Assembly: GCA_045644685.1 (NCBI GenBank)
Contig: JAZRHI010000015.1
Span: 76,095-140,094 of the forward strand
DNA from: Candidatus Onthomorpha sp.
Lineage (GTDB): Bacteria > Bacteroidota > Bacteroidia > Bacteroidales > P3
Length of the DNA stretch: 64,000 nucleotides
Direction of reading: 5' to 3'
A program made the position numbers and the translations under genes. The stretch's first letter is position 1; each line of letters begins with the position of its first letter. Below, piece after piece: positions 28,364 to 39,311 of this stretch. Below the pieces are notes generated by a model. It had not been told where the DNA came from. It worked only from the letters and a program-made list of their open reading frames with translations, and ran no database searches.

Positions 28364-29887
28364 ATGCAAACTATAATAATATTAGATCACGGCTCTCAAT
28401 ATACACAATTGATAGCTCGCAAAGTTAGAGAACTGAATATTTATTGCGAAATCCACCCTTTTAATAATCCTCCTAAGTTTGGTGATGATGTAAAGGGAGT
28501 AATTCTTAGCGGAAGCCCATGTAGCGTTAGAGATGAAAACGCTCCAAATCCTGATTTATGGTTTAAGGGTAAAATGCCTGTATTGGGTGTTTGTTATGGC
28601 GCGCAATATATGGCGCAAGCATTCGGTGGAAATGTTGTTGCAAGTAAAATAAGAGAGTATGGACGTGCTCATCTTAATTATATAGATAAAGAATCTAAGT
28701 TGTTTAAGGGTGTTAGCGATAATACTCAGGTTTGGATGAGTCATGGCGACACAATAGAAAGCCTTCCTGAAAATTATAAGGTTATTTGTTCGACTGAAAG
28801 TGTTAAAAACGCAGGATATAAAATTGAAGGCGAAGAAACTTATGCTATTCAATTCCATCCAGAAGTTTATCACTCAACAGAGGGATTGACTATATTGAAA
28901 AATTTCGTTGTGGACGTGTGTGGTTGTGAGCAATCTTGGACTGAGGATTCTTTTATTGATACTACGATAAGGGATTTAAAGGAAAAGTTACAGGATGATA
29001 AAGTTGTTTTAGGTTTGAGTGGCGGTGTGGATTCGTCAGTTGCAGCATTGTTGTTGCATAAGGCCATAGGAAAAAACTTAAATTGTATTTTCGTGGATAA
29101 TGGCTTGTTGAGAAAGAATGAATTTGAAGATGTGTTGGCTTCTTATCAAGGAATGGGATTGAATGTCATAGGTGTAGATGCGAAAAAAGAGTTCTATTCT
29201 GCATTGGAAGGCTTAACCGATCCTGAAAAGAAGCGTAAAGCAATTGGTAAAACGTTCATTGATGTTTTTGACGCTGAGGCTGCAAAAATTAAAGACGTAA
29301 AATGGTTGGCGCAAGGTACAATTTATCCTGATGTGATTGAAAGTTGTAGCGTTAAAGGACCAAGTGTTACTATTAAATCTCACCATAATGTAGGCGGTTT
29401 GCCAGATTATATGAAATTAAAGATAGTTGAGCCTTTGCGTTCTTTATTTAAAGATGAGGTTAGACGTGTTGGTAGAGCGTTAGGCTTAAAGGACGAATTA
29501 TTAAATCGTCATCCGTTCCCAGGACCTGGCTTGGCAATAAGAATTTTAGGTGATATAACTGCTGAAAAAGTAGCAATCCTTCAAGAAGTTGATGCTATAT
29601 TTATTGATAATTTGAAAAAAGACGGATTATATAATAAGGTATGGCAAGCAGGTGCAGTATTGCTTCCAATACAATCGGTAGGCGTTATGGGCGATGAAAG
29701 AACTTATGAAAGGGTTGTGGCATTGAGAGCAGTAGAATCGGTAGATGGAATGACAGCTGATTGGTGTTATTTACCATATGAGTTCTTGGCAAAAGTATCT
29801 AACGAAATTATAAATAAGGTTAGGGGCGTTAATAGAGTATGTTACGATATTAGTTCTAAACCACCTGCAACTATTGAATGGGAATAA
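28364..29887 (+). CDS. guaA: GMP synthase (glutamine-hydrolysing)
   Basis: 507 aa. GATase domain, ATP-PPase SGGVDSS motif, and canonical C-terminus ...[11 protein letters not shown]. Confidence 0.97.
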   Translation: MQTIIILDHGSQYTQLIARKVRELNIYCEIHPFNNPPKFGDDVKGVILSGSPCSVRDENAPNPDLWFKGKMPVLGVCYGAQYMAQAFGGNVVASKIREYGRAHLNYIDKESKLFKGVSDNTQVWMSHGDTIESLPENYKVICSTESVKNAGYKIEGEETYAIQFHPEVYHSTEGLTILKNFVVDVCGCEQSWTEDSFIDTTIRDLKEKLQDDKVVLGLSGGVDSSVAALLLHKAIGKNLNCIFVDNGLLRKNEFEDVLASYQGMGLNVIGVDAKKEFYSALEGLTDPEKKRKAIGKTFIDVFDAEAAKIKDVKWLAQGTIYPDVIESCSVKGPSVTIKSHHNVGGLPDYMKLKIVEPLRSLFKDEVRRVGRALGLKDELLNRHPFPGPGLAIRILGDITAEKVAILQEVDAIFIDNLKKDGLYNKVWQAGAVLLPIQSVGVMGDERTYERVVALRAVESVDGMTADWCYLPYEFLAKVSNEIINKVRGVNRVCYDISSKPPATIEWE

Positions 29888-29914
29888 AGATTTAATTTTT
29901 AAAACAATATTGAT

Positions 29915-31363
29915 ATGAAAAATTTTCTTCGAATAATTTGTAGTTTGTTTCTTTTAGTAAGTTTCAATTTAACATTTGCTCAGTCGAATGACGCAAATGA
30001 TGATGATATGCTTGGACTTCATAAGGTTGAAAAGGGAGAAACTTTGTATAGAATATCAAGAAATTATTTTTTGACAGAGAACGATATTATAGAAGTTAAT
30101 CCTGGCTTGACTGCAAGCACATTAAAGGCCGACCAAGTTATAAAAATTCCAATCACAGTAAGGAATAAACATGTATTTGAAGAAAAAAAGGAGGATATTG
30201 TAAAGGCTCAGCCAAATGCTTTATACCCTAAGTCTGATAATAAAAAGAAATTGGACAAGGCAAGAAAGGTAAATATGGCAATTCTTATGCCTTTGAATTA
30301 TGAATATATAGATCAACTTACGTTTACTAAGTTTAATATAGATGAAAAGAAAAGACAAAGATATAAATGCTTTGATTATATTCATTTTTATGAAGGGATA
30401 AGAATTGCTCTTGATAATTTAGAAAAATCGGGCTATAAGGTGGATTGTTATGTCTATGATATAGGAGATAATAATTTACAAAAAGTGCAAGAAGCTTTAG
30501 ATTCAAAGGAAATGAAGGACATGGATATAATCGTTCCCTTAGTATTTAAGCAACCTTTTGCGCTGATAGCTAATTATGCTAAACAACAAAAAATCCCAGT
30601 GGTTAATCCAATGAGCAATGACTTGTCTATATTGGATAATAACTATGTTTTCAAAATTCAACCTTCGCCAGCGGCAGAAGTAGAAACGATAATAAGACAT
30701 GTAAGAAAGAATTATGAAGATGCAAATATTGTTGTAGTGCATGATGGTAAAGCTGAAATAAAATCTGTCTTAGATTACTATCAACAATTGCTTGTAAAAG
30801 GAAATAATACTTGGTCTGTATTAGATTATGATAAACACGCATCGAAACTTTCTTCTAAATTGAAAGATGGAAAAACTAACGTTGTGATAAATTTAGTTGA
30901 TAAAGGTAGCAGTAAAGATAACGAAAATTATTCTAAACGTTTGCTTTCAAGTCTTGGTCTTAAAAAAGATATTGATATAGTTTTGTTTGCGGATTATTCT
31001 TGGATAGAATTTCCTCATTTAGACTATACTTTATTAGAAAAATTCAAATATCACTTTACGTTAAGTCATTTTAACGATTACACAAATTTGAATTTTGTGA
31101 ATTTTGTGAAAGATTATAGAGAAAATTTCAAAACAGAGCCAGACAGAATTTATGCTGCGTTGGGTTATGATATAGCAATGTTTTTCGTAAATAGCTTAAT
31201 GAAAAACGGAGAAGACTTTATTCATAATCCAAACCTAAGCAGGGTAGATAATATAATCGGCAATTTCTATTTTGAAAGAAAGGATGAAAATTTTGGATAC
31301 CAAAATAAGAAAACTACTATTTACAAAATGGAAGACTATAAAATAAGAGCAGTAATAGAATAG
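29915..31363 (+). CDS. Secreted LysM domain protein fused to a periplasmic-binding-protein (type 1)-like domain
   Basis: Signal peptide. LysM: HKVEKGETLYRISRNYFLTENDIIEVNPGLTASTLKADQVIKIP. The remainder resembles a LivK/PBP1 fold. Confidence 0.65.
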   Translation: MKNFLRIICSLFLLVSFNLTFAQSNDANDDDMLGLHKVEKGETLYRISRNYFLTENDIIEVNPGLTASTLKADQVIKIPITVRNKHVFEEKKEDIVKAQPNALYPKSDNKKKLDKARKVNMAILMPLNYEYIDQLTFTKFNIDEKKRQRYKCFDYIHFYEGIRIALDNLEKSGYKVDCYVYDIGDNNLQKVQEALDSKEMKDMDIIVPLVFKQPFALIANYAKQQKIPVVNPMSNDLSILDNNYVFKIQPSPAAEVETIIRHVRKNYEDANIVVVHDGKAEIKSVLDYYQQLLVKGNNTWSVLDYDKHASKLSSKLKDGKTNVVINLVDKGSSKDNENYSKRLLSSLGLKKDIDIVLFADYSWIEFPHLDYTLLEKFKYHFTLSHFNDYTNLNFVNFVKDYRENFKTEPDRIYAALGYDIAMFFVNSLMKNGEDFIHNPNLSRVDNIIGNFYFERKDENFGYQNKKTTIYKMEDYKIRAVIE

Positions 31364-31367
31364 GTGT

Positions 31368-34085
31368 ATGAATTTAAGGAAACTAACGATATTAGGTTTA
31401 TTTTTAATATTTGCAAATTTTAATCTTTACTCTCAAAATGATGAAGCAAAGAAAGGACAAATTCATTCTTTGGCAGAATCTTCTTTTATTTTGACAAATT
31501 TTGATAAAAACAAGCATTTAAAAAATGAATCGCCAATATATTTTGATGTAGATAACAAAAAACTTCAATCGGGTAGAATAATATTAAATCTATCTACGGT
31601 AAGCCAAGAAAATATCACCTTATCGTGGAAAGCATATACGTTAAAATCATCTAAGGCTTATTGGACTGCTACTTTACAATATAGACTTTCTGAGGAGGAT
31701 GTTTGGAAGGATGTGGTAGATGATAATAAAAAAACATATACTTTTTACACTGGGAAACGCCCTTCTACTAAAAATTTTCACGATGTAGTGTTACCACAAG
31801 ATTGTGAAAACAAAAAACATATTCAATTATCGTGGAAATTATCTAAATCAAGAGGTCGTGGTGCTAACCCTGCAATACAAATTAAGGATATTTTAATAGA
31901 ATCTCAGAATGACCCATATAATGGAATTGCTTCTGAGATATCTGTTGCTATCTCTAATAAAGGCAAAACATATTCTGTGAAAGAGTTATGTTTTAATCAT
32001 ATTCCAGTACCATATCTCTATCCAGAAACTATGCGAATGGTGCTTTCAGGAAAATATATTAGAAATAAAGTAACATTTGAATTAAGAGGTAAGGATAAAG
32101 ATTGCTTCAAAATTTCTTCAAAATCGTTAGATATAAAAGAATCTTCACAATCTTTCTCAGTATCTTATATTCCTAAAAAAGCAGGCGAACATTATGCGGA
32201 ATTAGTTCTAAATACTAATAAACTACAAAAGCCATTAGTTATCCCATTAACGGCATCTTGTTCAAATACTACACCAACAGATTTTATAGAAAATAAGATC
32301 AAGAACTTGCATTACCCATTAACAGATGGAGAACTTGAATTTAGTTTTCCAGTCTTTTCAAATAGAGATTACCAATTTAACTTAAAATTAACTAACTCTG
32401 AATTATCTTTAACCGAATACAACGAAAAGCAATATACAGGTGTGCATGTTGCATATAAATGGTATAGAAAAAATGAGCTTTTATGTGAAATGGAAGACGA
32501 AGTAAACAATTTGGATTATTGTGTTCCATTAGAATCTCCTTTAACTGCGGATAGACTTGAAATAACAATATATAATACTGACAATATAGCAATTAACGAT
32601 TTGTATTTTGGATTTCCAAAAATCAAACGTTTAATTCAATCTGGCGAATGGAGCAATCCTAATATTTGGGAGCCAAGTGGCGAACCTACAATGGAGGACT
32701 TCGTTTATATTAACAACGGTTGTAATGTTATAGTAGACAATGATGCTATGTGTTCTATGCTATTTTTAGGAGATAGTGTTAATGTAGAAATAGAAGCGGG
32801 CAAAATGTTTTACGTTTCTGGCGATATAATATATGGAAACATGTCTTATTTCACTGTTCACCAGAATTTACTTGGCGATAAATGGAATTACTTAACTAGT
32901 CCTATAAATAAAACTATGGCAGCTTTGTTTTCTATGGAAAGAAACAACAATGACACTTGGATGATGCAGTATAACACTGGCGAAAAGAGCAAACACGGAG
33001 ATTATTGGAGCGAATATTTAACCGATCCTAACTTTTTGCTATTGCCAGGTAAAGGATATGCAGTTTATACTAAATCTCCCTTAGACATAAAGTATGAAGG
33101 AGTTTTGTGTAATAGTAATACAGTATTCACACTTATAGAAAACAATTCAGATAAGAAAAACTTAGTAGGGAATCCCTTTACAGCGCCGTTAAGTTCTAAT
33201 AAATTATTTGAAGATATTGACGGAAAAATTCAAGGAAATGCCATATTCCTAATGGATAAAGAAAACAAAGTATATAATCCAATCATAGTTGATCCAAACG
33301 AAAACGTGTTAATACCTTCTCTTGAAGCGTTTTTTGTTGAGACAATTATGGATAAAAGCGAGATAACATTCAAACGCCAACATCAATATGTGCCTAAATC
33401 TGGTGAACAAACATTTGTCAATAATAATTACTTAACTCTTTCTGCTGTTGTAAACGGAAAAAGTCAGTATGCTTTAATCGGAATGATGGATGATTCAAAA
33501 TACGGATTTGATAAGCACGATGCACATAAAATATTCGGAACAAGCGAAGAACTTGCAGAAGTTTACTTTATTATTGACGAAGAAGAATTATCTGTAAACA
33601 CATTTCCGGATTATCCGGCTTCGTTTGACATCGGACTTTTCATAGCACAAGGAAATAATGTAGAGCTTCAATTAAATAATGTATCGGTTTTGCCTAAGAA
33701 TGTCTTAGTTCTATTAGAAAATAAAGACGAAAATATTTTCTATAATCTATGTGAATCGGCAACGATAAAGACATATATAGAAAGCGGTACTACAAATAGT
33801 AAATACAGGCTACATTTTGTGAAAGCAAAAGGGATAGATGATTTACATCCTGACTATTCTGGGATTTACATTTGGGAAGATAACGAAAGAATATTAGTAC
33901 ATGGCGATGGCATTCATAAATTGCAACAAATAAGAGTATGGGATAAAGAACACATACATGTAGATGAGCAAGAATATGAATCAGAAATTATCATTTTTGA
34001 TGAAAATATTACAAAAGGTCGTTATAGTGTAGATTTAAAAGTGGAAGATCAATGGATAGAACACTATCCTATTGAAGTAAAATAA
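31368..34085 (+). CDS. Large secreted hypothetical protein, possible T9SS cargo
   Basis: 905 aa. Signal peptide MNLRKLTILGLFLIFANFNLYSQ. The C-terminal ~70 aa (...IRVWDKEHIHV...ITKGRYSVDLKVEDQWIEHYPIEVK) resembles a T9SS C-terminal sorting domain. Confidence 0.45.
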   Translation: MNLRKLTILGLFLIFANFNLYSQNDEAKKGQIHSLAESSFILTNFDKNKHLKNESPIYFDVDNKKLQSGRIILNLSTVSQENITLSWKAYTLKSSKAYWTATLQYRLSEEDVWKDVVDDNKKTYTFYTGKRPSTKNFHDVVLPQDCENKKHIQLSWKLSKSRGRGANPAIQIKDILIESQNDPYNGIASEISVAISNKGKTYSVKELCFNHIPVPYLYPETMRMVLSGKYIRNKVTFELRGKDKDCFKISSKSLDIKESSQSFSVSYIPKKAGEHYAELVLNTNKLQKPLVIPLTASCSNTTPTDFIENKIKNLHYPLTDGELEFSFPVFSNRDYQFNLKLTNSELSLTEYNEKQYTGVHVAYKWYRKNELLCEMEDEVNNLDYCVPLESPLTADRLEITIYNTDNIAINDLYFGFPKIKRLIQSGEWSNPNIWEPSGEPTMEDFVYINNGCNVIVDNDAMCSMLFLGDSVNVEIEAGKMFYVSGDIIYGNMSYFTVHQNLLGDKWNYLTSPINKTMAALFSMERNNNDTWMMQYNTGEKSKHGDYWSEYLTDPNFLLLPGKGYAVYTKSPLDIKYEGVLCNSNTVFTLIENNSDKKNLVGNPFTAPLSSNKLFEDIDGKIQGNAIFLMDKENKVYNPIIVDPNENVLIPSLEAFFVETIMDKSEITFKRQHQYVPKSGEQTFVNNNYLTLSAVVNGKSQYALIGMMDDSKYGFDKHDAHKIFGTSEELAEVYFIIDEEELSVNTFPDYPASFDIGLFIAQGNNVELQLNNVSVLPKNVLVLLENKDENIFYNLCESATIKTYIESGTTNSKYRLHFVKAKGIDDLHPDYSGIYIWEDNERILVHGDGIHKLQQIRVWDKEHIHVDEQEYESEIIIFDENITKGRYSVDLKVEDQWIEHYPIEVK

Positions 34086-34097
34086 AAAAAGAATTTG

Positions 34098-36374
34098 ATG
34101 ATGAACTGTAAAAAATTAGTTTTATTATTGATTATAATAATAACTGCTCCAACTGCTGTTTTTTCTCAAAAAAACTCTATAATAAAATTATTGAATAAAG
34201 GAGAGTATCAACAAGTTTACGAAAAAATACAAACATCTTACCAGGATACAACTAACATAGAAAGGCTTGAATTATTGAGTTTGTATTATCAAGACGCAAA
34301 TAACCCAGAAAAAAATGCGTGTTTAGCATACTATTATGCCAATAAATTAAATCAAACACAAGAAAAAGAAATAATTTCCACAGAAGAGATTTGCCGACAA
34401 GAGCTTTCCGTAGTTTATAAAACGAAAGAAATAGAATCATTAGAGAATTTCATACATTGTTTCCAAGAAGAAACAAAATATGCCAAAGAAGCAGAGCGTC
34501 TGTTAGAACAAATATCATTTGAAAAAGTGCAAATGATAAATACGATAGACGAATACGAAAGATACATAGAAAGACACCCTAACGCAATTCAAGCATCTAT
34601 TGCAAAACAAGCAATAGATGAAATTGTCTCTCTTCAAATTCTCGAAAGCGAAGACTTAGAAAAATTAGAGAAATTCGTAAAAGAAACGACGAATGAAAGA
34701 TATAGACAACAGGCTAACCAAGAAATAGAAAGAATAGTGTTTCAAACGACATTAGAAGAAAACACTGCTGAAAAATATGAAGAATATATCAAAAGATTTC
34801 CAAACGGTGTTTATATAATGTTAGCAAAGGAAAAACTAAATGACGTATTATATAATGATGTAATAGCAAATTCTACAATTACATCAATGATTAGCTTTAT
34901 AAAAAACAACCCTTCACATCCCAAAACCTCACAAATATTAAGCAATCTTAAAGAAAAATCACTAAAACACCTATCAGTTGAAGGAATAAAAACCGTATTG
35001 GAGATAGAATATGACAGTTTAGCGGTAAATAAATTCATAAAAGACTATCTTGCCGACCCAACAAAAGCAAATATAAGCCTAATTGAAGAAGCCTTTCCAG
35101 AGAATAAGACTTCCAAAACAGTGCAAACGGCAAAGGTATTAAACGAAGATTATAATTTCTTAATAAGAAAATCTACAATAAACAACAATGACTTAAAGAA
35201 TCATAGAGGATTATTTTTCAAAAAGAATAACTCGCTAACCTTTATGTTGCTAAAAAAATATCTTGCTCAACAAAAAAATGTTAAAAAGAAAGACAAGAGA
35301 TTTGAAAGCGAAATAACACATAATTATTTACAAGCAAACAAAATTCCATTCTCAGTTATAGACAAAGAATTTGAAGAAGGAGATATCTTGCCTCATTCAA
35401 ATAACATATTTTCTGCCCACACAAGAAATGGTTATCTACCAGAAAGTGTAGCAAAGAATGAAGATATATACATAATCCACACAAATGAAGTAGGAAAACA
35501 AGACACTATTTTATTGCCTTCATCGGTTAATACACGTTTTAACGAAAAGGCTCCAATGCTTTCAAAAGACGGAAAAACTCTCTTTTTTAGTTCTGATGCA
35601 GGATTAAACTTTGGAGGCTTGGATATTTACATTTCTCACAGAGAAGACACAACTTCAACAGATAATTGGAGCATTCCAATTCTTTTAGGCGACAATATAA
35701 ATACCAATCAAAACGATTATGTAATTTCTTTAAACAATTATAAAATTGTTGTGGCGAATGAGAATGAGACAAACAAACGTTCATTTTTGATAAATGAAGA
35801 TTTAATATTTGAAAACGCATATGTATTAGACCAAAAAGGTAAATTCCTAAGTGAAGAAGTGATAGTAATAGATTCAAGTACGCTTGACACAATTTATATC
35901 TTAAAAAGCAATGAAAATGGCTATGTTTCATTCTTAAAACCCAATAAACCTTATTACTTGTGTGCTCAAAAATATGCACATATAGGTTTTTTCTCACAAG
36001 ATAACTCGCAAATCGTACTACAAAACATAGAAGATTTATTTGAAACTAAGCAATTCTATCTTTTAGACTCGCCTTTCAATGAAAAGAAGCTTACAGAAAT
36101 CACCCCAAAAGGTAAAAGAGAATTAGAATACTTAGCAAAAAGCCTTAAAGAGACTAAATATGTAACCACAATTTCGGTACATGTACATTCTGTCAATAAA
36201 GCAGAAAAAGCACAAGAAATTTCAGAAAAGCAAGTTCAAGTAATAACAGATATATTGCTTAAAAACGGAGTAAATAAAGATAATTTAATAGTAGTATCCT
36301 ATGCTAACACTTCTCCACTCATAGGATGGGAAGGAAAAGACCGTATAGAAATAGGATTTTTATTAGAAAAATAA
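34098..36374 (+). CDS. OmpA-family protein with TPR-like N-region and PD40 (TolB-like) repeat
   Basis: Track start 34095 is TTG; ATGs at 34098 and 34101. PD40-type segment SSVNTRFNEKAPMLSKDGKTLFFSSD...GGLDIYISH. C-terminal OmpA-like domain ending ...GKDRIEIGFL. Confidence 0.6.
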   Translation: MMNCKKLVLLLIIIITAPTAVFSQKNSIIKLLNKGEYQQVYEKIQTSYQDTTNIERLELLSLYYQDANNPEKNACLAYYYANKLNQTQEKEIISTEEICRQELSVVYKTKEIESLENFIHCFQEETKYAKEAERLLEQISFEKVQMINTIDEYERYIERHPNAIQASIAKQAIDEIVSLQILESEDLEKLEKFVKETTNERYRQQANQEIERIVFQTTLEENTAEKYEEYIKRFPNGVYIMLAKEKLNDVLYNDVIANSTITSMISFIKNNPSHPKTSQILSNLKEKSLKHLSVEGIKTVLEIEYDSLAVNKFIKDYLADPTKANISLIEEAFPENKTSKTVQTAKVLNEDYNFLIRKSTINNNDLKNHRGLFFKKNNSLTFMLLKKYLAQQKNVKKKDKRFESEITHNYLQANKIPFSVIDKEFEEGDILPHSNNIFSAHTRNGYLPESVAKNEDIYIIHTNEVGKQDTILLPSSVNTRFNEKAPMLSKDGKTLFFSSDAGLNFGGLDIYISHREDTTSTDNWSIPILLGDNINTNQNDYVISLNNYKIVVANENETNKRSFLINEDLIFENAYVLDQKGKFLSEEVIVIDSSTLDTIYILKSNENGYVSFLKPNKPYYLCAQKYAHIGFFSQDNSQIVLQNIEDLFETKQFYLLDSPFNEKKLTEITPKGKRELEYLAKSLKETKYVTTISVHVHSVNKAEKAQEISEKQVQVITDILLKNGVNKDNLIVVSYANTSPLIGWEGKDRIEIGFLLEK

Positions 36375-36384
36375 AAATAAAACA

Positions 36385-37113
36385 ATGAATAGTGCGGATA
36401 GTGTAGTAATTATACCTACTTATAATGAGAAAGAAAATATTGAAAACATTATAAGGTATGTATTTTCATTAGAAAAGGTATTTCATATCTTGATTGTGGA
36501 AGATAATTCTCCTGATGGAACTGCCGATATCGTTAAAAGGCTTATGCAAGAGTTTCCAGAAAGATTATTTATCGAAGAAAGAAAAGGTAAATTAGGCTTA
36601 GGAACAGCCTATTTGCATGGCTTCAAATGGGCAATCGCAAGAAAATATGACTATATCTATGAAATGGATGCCGATTTTTCGCATCCACCAAAAGATTTGC
36701 TTAATTTGTACAAAGCATGTCTTGAAGGCGCCGATATGGCAATAGGCTCTCGTTATGTAGATGGTAAGATTTCGGTTGTGAATTGGCCAATGGGAAGATT
36801 GATGATGTCATATTATGCTTCTAAATACGTGCAATTAATTACGGGAATGAAGATTGGCGATACTACGGCTGGCTTTGCGTGTTATAAACGTGCGCTTTTA
36901 GAACGCATAAACTTTGAAAAAGTAAAATTTGTTGGCTATGCTTTCCAAATAGAAATGAAATATACTGCATTTAAATTAGGATTTAAACTAAAAGAAGTGC
37001 CAATTATATTTACGGATAGGGTACTTGGAACAAGCAAAATGAACATGAAAATCTTTAAAGAAGCCTTTTTCGGTGTCTTTTCTTTAAGGTTTAGAAACTG
37101 GTCTAAATATTAG
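36385..37113 (+). CDS. Polyprenol-phosphate mannosyltransferase-like GT2 (Dpm1/Ppm1 type)
   Basis: 242 aa. VIIPTYNEKENI..., VEDNSPDGT, MDADFSHPP. The last codons (SLRFRN) lie in degenerate mini-array J. Confidence 0.75.
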   Translation: MNSADSVVIIPTYNEKENIENIIRYVFSLEKVFHILIVEDNSPDGTADIVKRLMQEFPERLFIEERKGKLGLGTAYLHGFKWAIARKYDYIYEMDADFSHPPKDLLNLYKACLEGADMAIGSRYVDGKISVVNWPMGRLMMSYYASKYVQLITGMKIGDTTAGFACYKRALLERINFEKVKFVGYAFQIEMKYTAFKLGFKLKEVPIIFTDRVLGTSKMNMKIFKEAFFGVFSLRFRNWSKY

Positions 37114-37199
37114 AAAAATAAGTCAAAGAAAAAATAAAATAAATCAAAGGAATAAAAAAATAAAACAAAGAAAAAATGAAAAAAAGCTTAGGAATATTT
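37076..37199. repeat. Degenerate 21-nt-phased array J (about 6 units) bridging two CDSs
   Basis: In-register pentamers CTAAA 37103-37107, CAAAG 37124-37128, 37145-37149 and 37166-37170, CTTAG 37187-37191. A TCTTTAAGGTTTAGAAA unit at 37081-37097 is about 2 nt off register. Confidence 0.55.
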
Positions 37200-39308
37200 T
37201 TTGCTCTCTTTATAGTGCTATCAAGCATTGGAGCATTCGCACAAAAAGGTCTAATAGACATAAAAAAACTTCAAGATAGAGAATACTATCCTTCGGGAAT
37301 TTATGGACTACAATTCGTAGGCGAAAAAGGAAAGTATGCTTACACAAAAACAGGTCAAGAGTTAATCATAGGAGATGCCAAGTCTGAAAAAACAGTTCTT
37401 ACATCAGCTGATTTAAACGAAAGCCTAAAACGTTTCATTGGCTTAGAATTTATTTCAGAAACCGAATTTGCATTTTTGAGTGCAGACAATAAAACAATCT
37501 ATCACTATAATATAGAAACAAAGCAAATGACTCCTATCTGCAACATTAAAGAAGGAGCAGAAAATCTTGAATTAGATTTAAAGAATGGAAGTGCAGCATA
37601 CACAATAAACGGAAACGTTTGGTTTTCTACAAGAGGTAAAGAACCAAAACAATTAACCACTGACGGAGGTAACGGAATTACTTACGGCGTTGCGGTACAT
37701 AGAAATGAATTTGGTATAGAAAAAGGATTTTTCCTTTCAAACGATGCAAGCAAATTAGCATTCTATAGAATGGATGAAAGCATGGTTGAAGAATATCCAT
37801 TAGTTAATACAGCCGTTCGCGAAGCCGTTCCTACGCCAATACGTTATCCTATGGCGGGAATGAAGTCTCACGAAGTTAAAGTATTGGTTTACGATTCAAA
37901 AACCGACAAAACAGTTGAATTAAACACAAGAAAAGATAATTCCCTTGAAGAAAGAGAAGCATATCTTACTAATTTGACTTGGAATCCAGAAGGAACAATG
38001 CTTTATATCCAAAAATTAAATCGCAAACAAAACAATGTAGAATTGATAGCCTATGATGTAGAAAATGGAAATCCAGCAAAAACACTATTCTCTCAAAGCA
38101 ATGAAAAATACGTTGAGCCGGAATCTCCAATTTTCTTTTTACCTAACAACAGCCAACAATTCATTTATTTAAGCGAAGCAGACGGATTTAATCACGCTTA
38201 CTTATATAATACAGACGGAACTTTAATTTCTCAACTTACATCTGGTAATTGGATGATTAACTCAATAGAAGGATTTAACAAAAAAGCAACAGAATTTTAC
38301 TTCTACGCAACAAAAGATTCTCCATTGGAGCAAAACTTATACGCATACAACTTTAAATCAAAGAAAATACGTCGTTGCTCTCCTGAAAAGGGAACACACA
38401 GTGTCGCATTTAACACTAACGGAACACTTTTCTTAGATACATATACAAGCTCTACTGAACCAAGAAGAGTTGCTTTGTATGACAATAAAGGAAAGCAAGT
38501 AAAAGAAATCTATAAGTCAGAAAACCCATGGGCAAACTTAGACAAACCAGAAATAGACGTGTTTACAATCAAAGCAAAAGACGGTACAGATTTATATGCT
38601 CGTATGATAAAACCATTGAACTTTGACCCAAATAAAAAATACCCTGTTATCGTTTACGTTTATGGCGGACCACACGCGCAACTTATTACAGAAAGTTGGC
38701 TTTTTGGTGCAAACAATTTCTTTCTTTTCCTTGCCCAACAAGGATACATAGTTTGGACAGTTGATAGTAGAGGATCAGCAAACAGAGGCTTTGAATTTGA
38801 AAGTGCAATATGGAGAAATTGTGGAAGCATTGAAGTAAGCGACCAAATGGATGGCGTAAATTATTTAAAATCTCTTCCATATGTAGATTCAGAACGCATA
38901 GGCGTTGATGGTTGGTCTTACGGTGGATTTATGACTATTTCATTAAAATTGAAGAATCCAGGAGTATTTAAAACTGCAACCGCAGGAGGACCTGTTATTG
39001 ATTGGAAATGGTACGAGATTATGTACGGAGAAAGATATATGTCTTCACCTGCGGATAATAAAGAGGGATATGAAAAGTCATCTTTGTTAAATTACGCAGA
39101 CCAATTAGAAGGAAAACTACTTGTAATACATGGAGCGCAAGACCCAACCGTAGTAATGCAACACTCATTGGAGTTTATCAATAAATGTATCAAAGCAGGA
39201 AAACAAGTAGATTACTTTATCTATCCAGATCACGAACACAACGTAAGAGGAAAAGATAGAATACATTTATATGAGAAGATTTACCAATACCATAAAGAAA
39301 ACTTATAA
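37176..39308 (+). CDS. Dipeptidyl-peptidase IV-type S9B serine peptidase
   Basis: 710 aa. Signal peptide, beta-propeller N-half, and catalytic GWSYGG nucleophile elbow with a downstream Asp/His region. Confidence 0.85.
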   Translation: MKKSLGIFFALFIVLSSIGAFAQKGLIDIKKLQDREYYPSGIYGLQFVGEKGKYAYTKTGQELIIGDAKSEKTVLTSADLNESLKRFIGLEFISETEFAFLSADNKTIYHYNIETKQMTPICNIKEGAENLELDLKNGSAAYTINGNVWFSTRGKEPKQLTTDGGNGITYGVAVHRNEFGIEKGFFLSNDASKLAFYRMDESMVEEYPLVNTAVREAVPTPIRYPMAGMKSHEVKVLVYDSKTDKTVELNTRKDNSLEEREAYLTNLTWNPEGTMLYIQKLNRKQNNVELIAYDVENGNPAKTLFSQSNEKYVEPESPIFFLPNNSQQFIYLSEADGFNHAYLYNTDGTLISQLTSGNWMINSIEGFNKKATEFYFYATKDSPLEQNLYAYNFKSKKIRRCSPEKGTHSVAFNTNGTLFLDTYTSSTEPRRVALYDNKGKQVKEIYKSENPWANLDKPEIDVFTIKAKDGTDLYARMIKPLNFDPNKKYPVIVYVYGGPHAQLITESWLFGANNFFLFLAQQGYIVWTVDSRGSANRGFEFESAIWRNCGSIEVSDQMDGVNYLKSLPYVDSERIGVDGWSYGGFMTISLKLKNPGVFKTATAGGPVIDWKWYEIMYGERYMSSPADNKEGYEKSSLLNYADQLEGKLLVIHGAQDPTVVMQHSLEFINKCIKAGKQVDYFIYPDHEHNVRGKDRIHLYEKIYQYHKENL

Positions 39309-39311
39309 GAT

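Noticed and set aside
35473-35481. DnaA-box-like TAATCCACA
   Set aside because: It is a single one-mismatch copy inside a coding sequence. There is no cluster of boxes, no AT-rich unwinding element and no dnaA/dnaN context, so it is not an origin.
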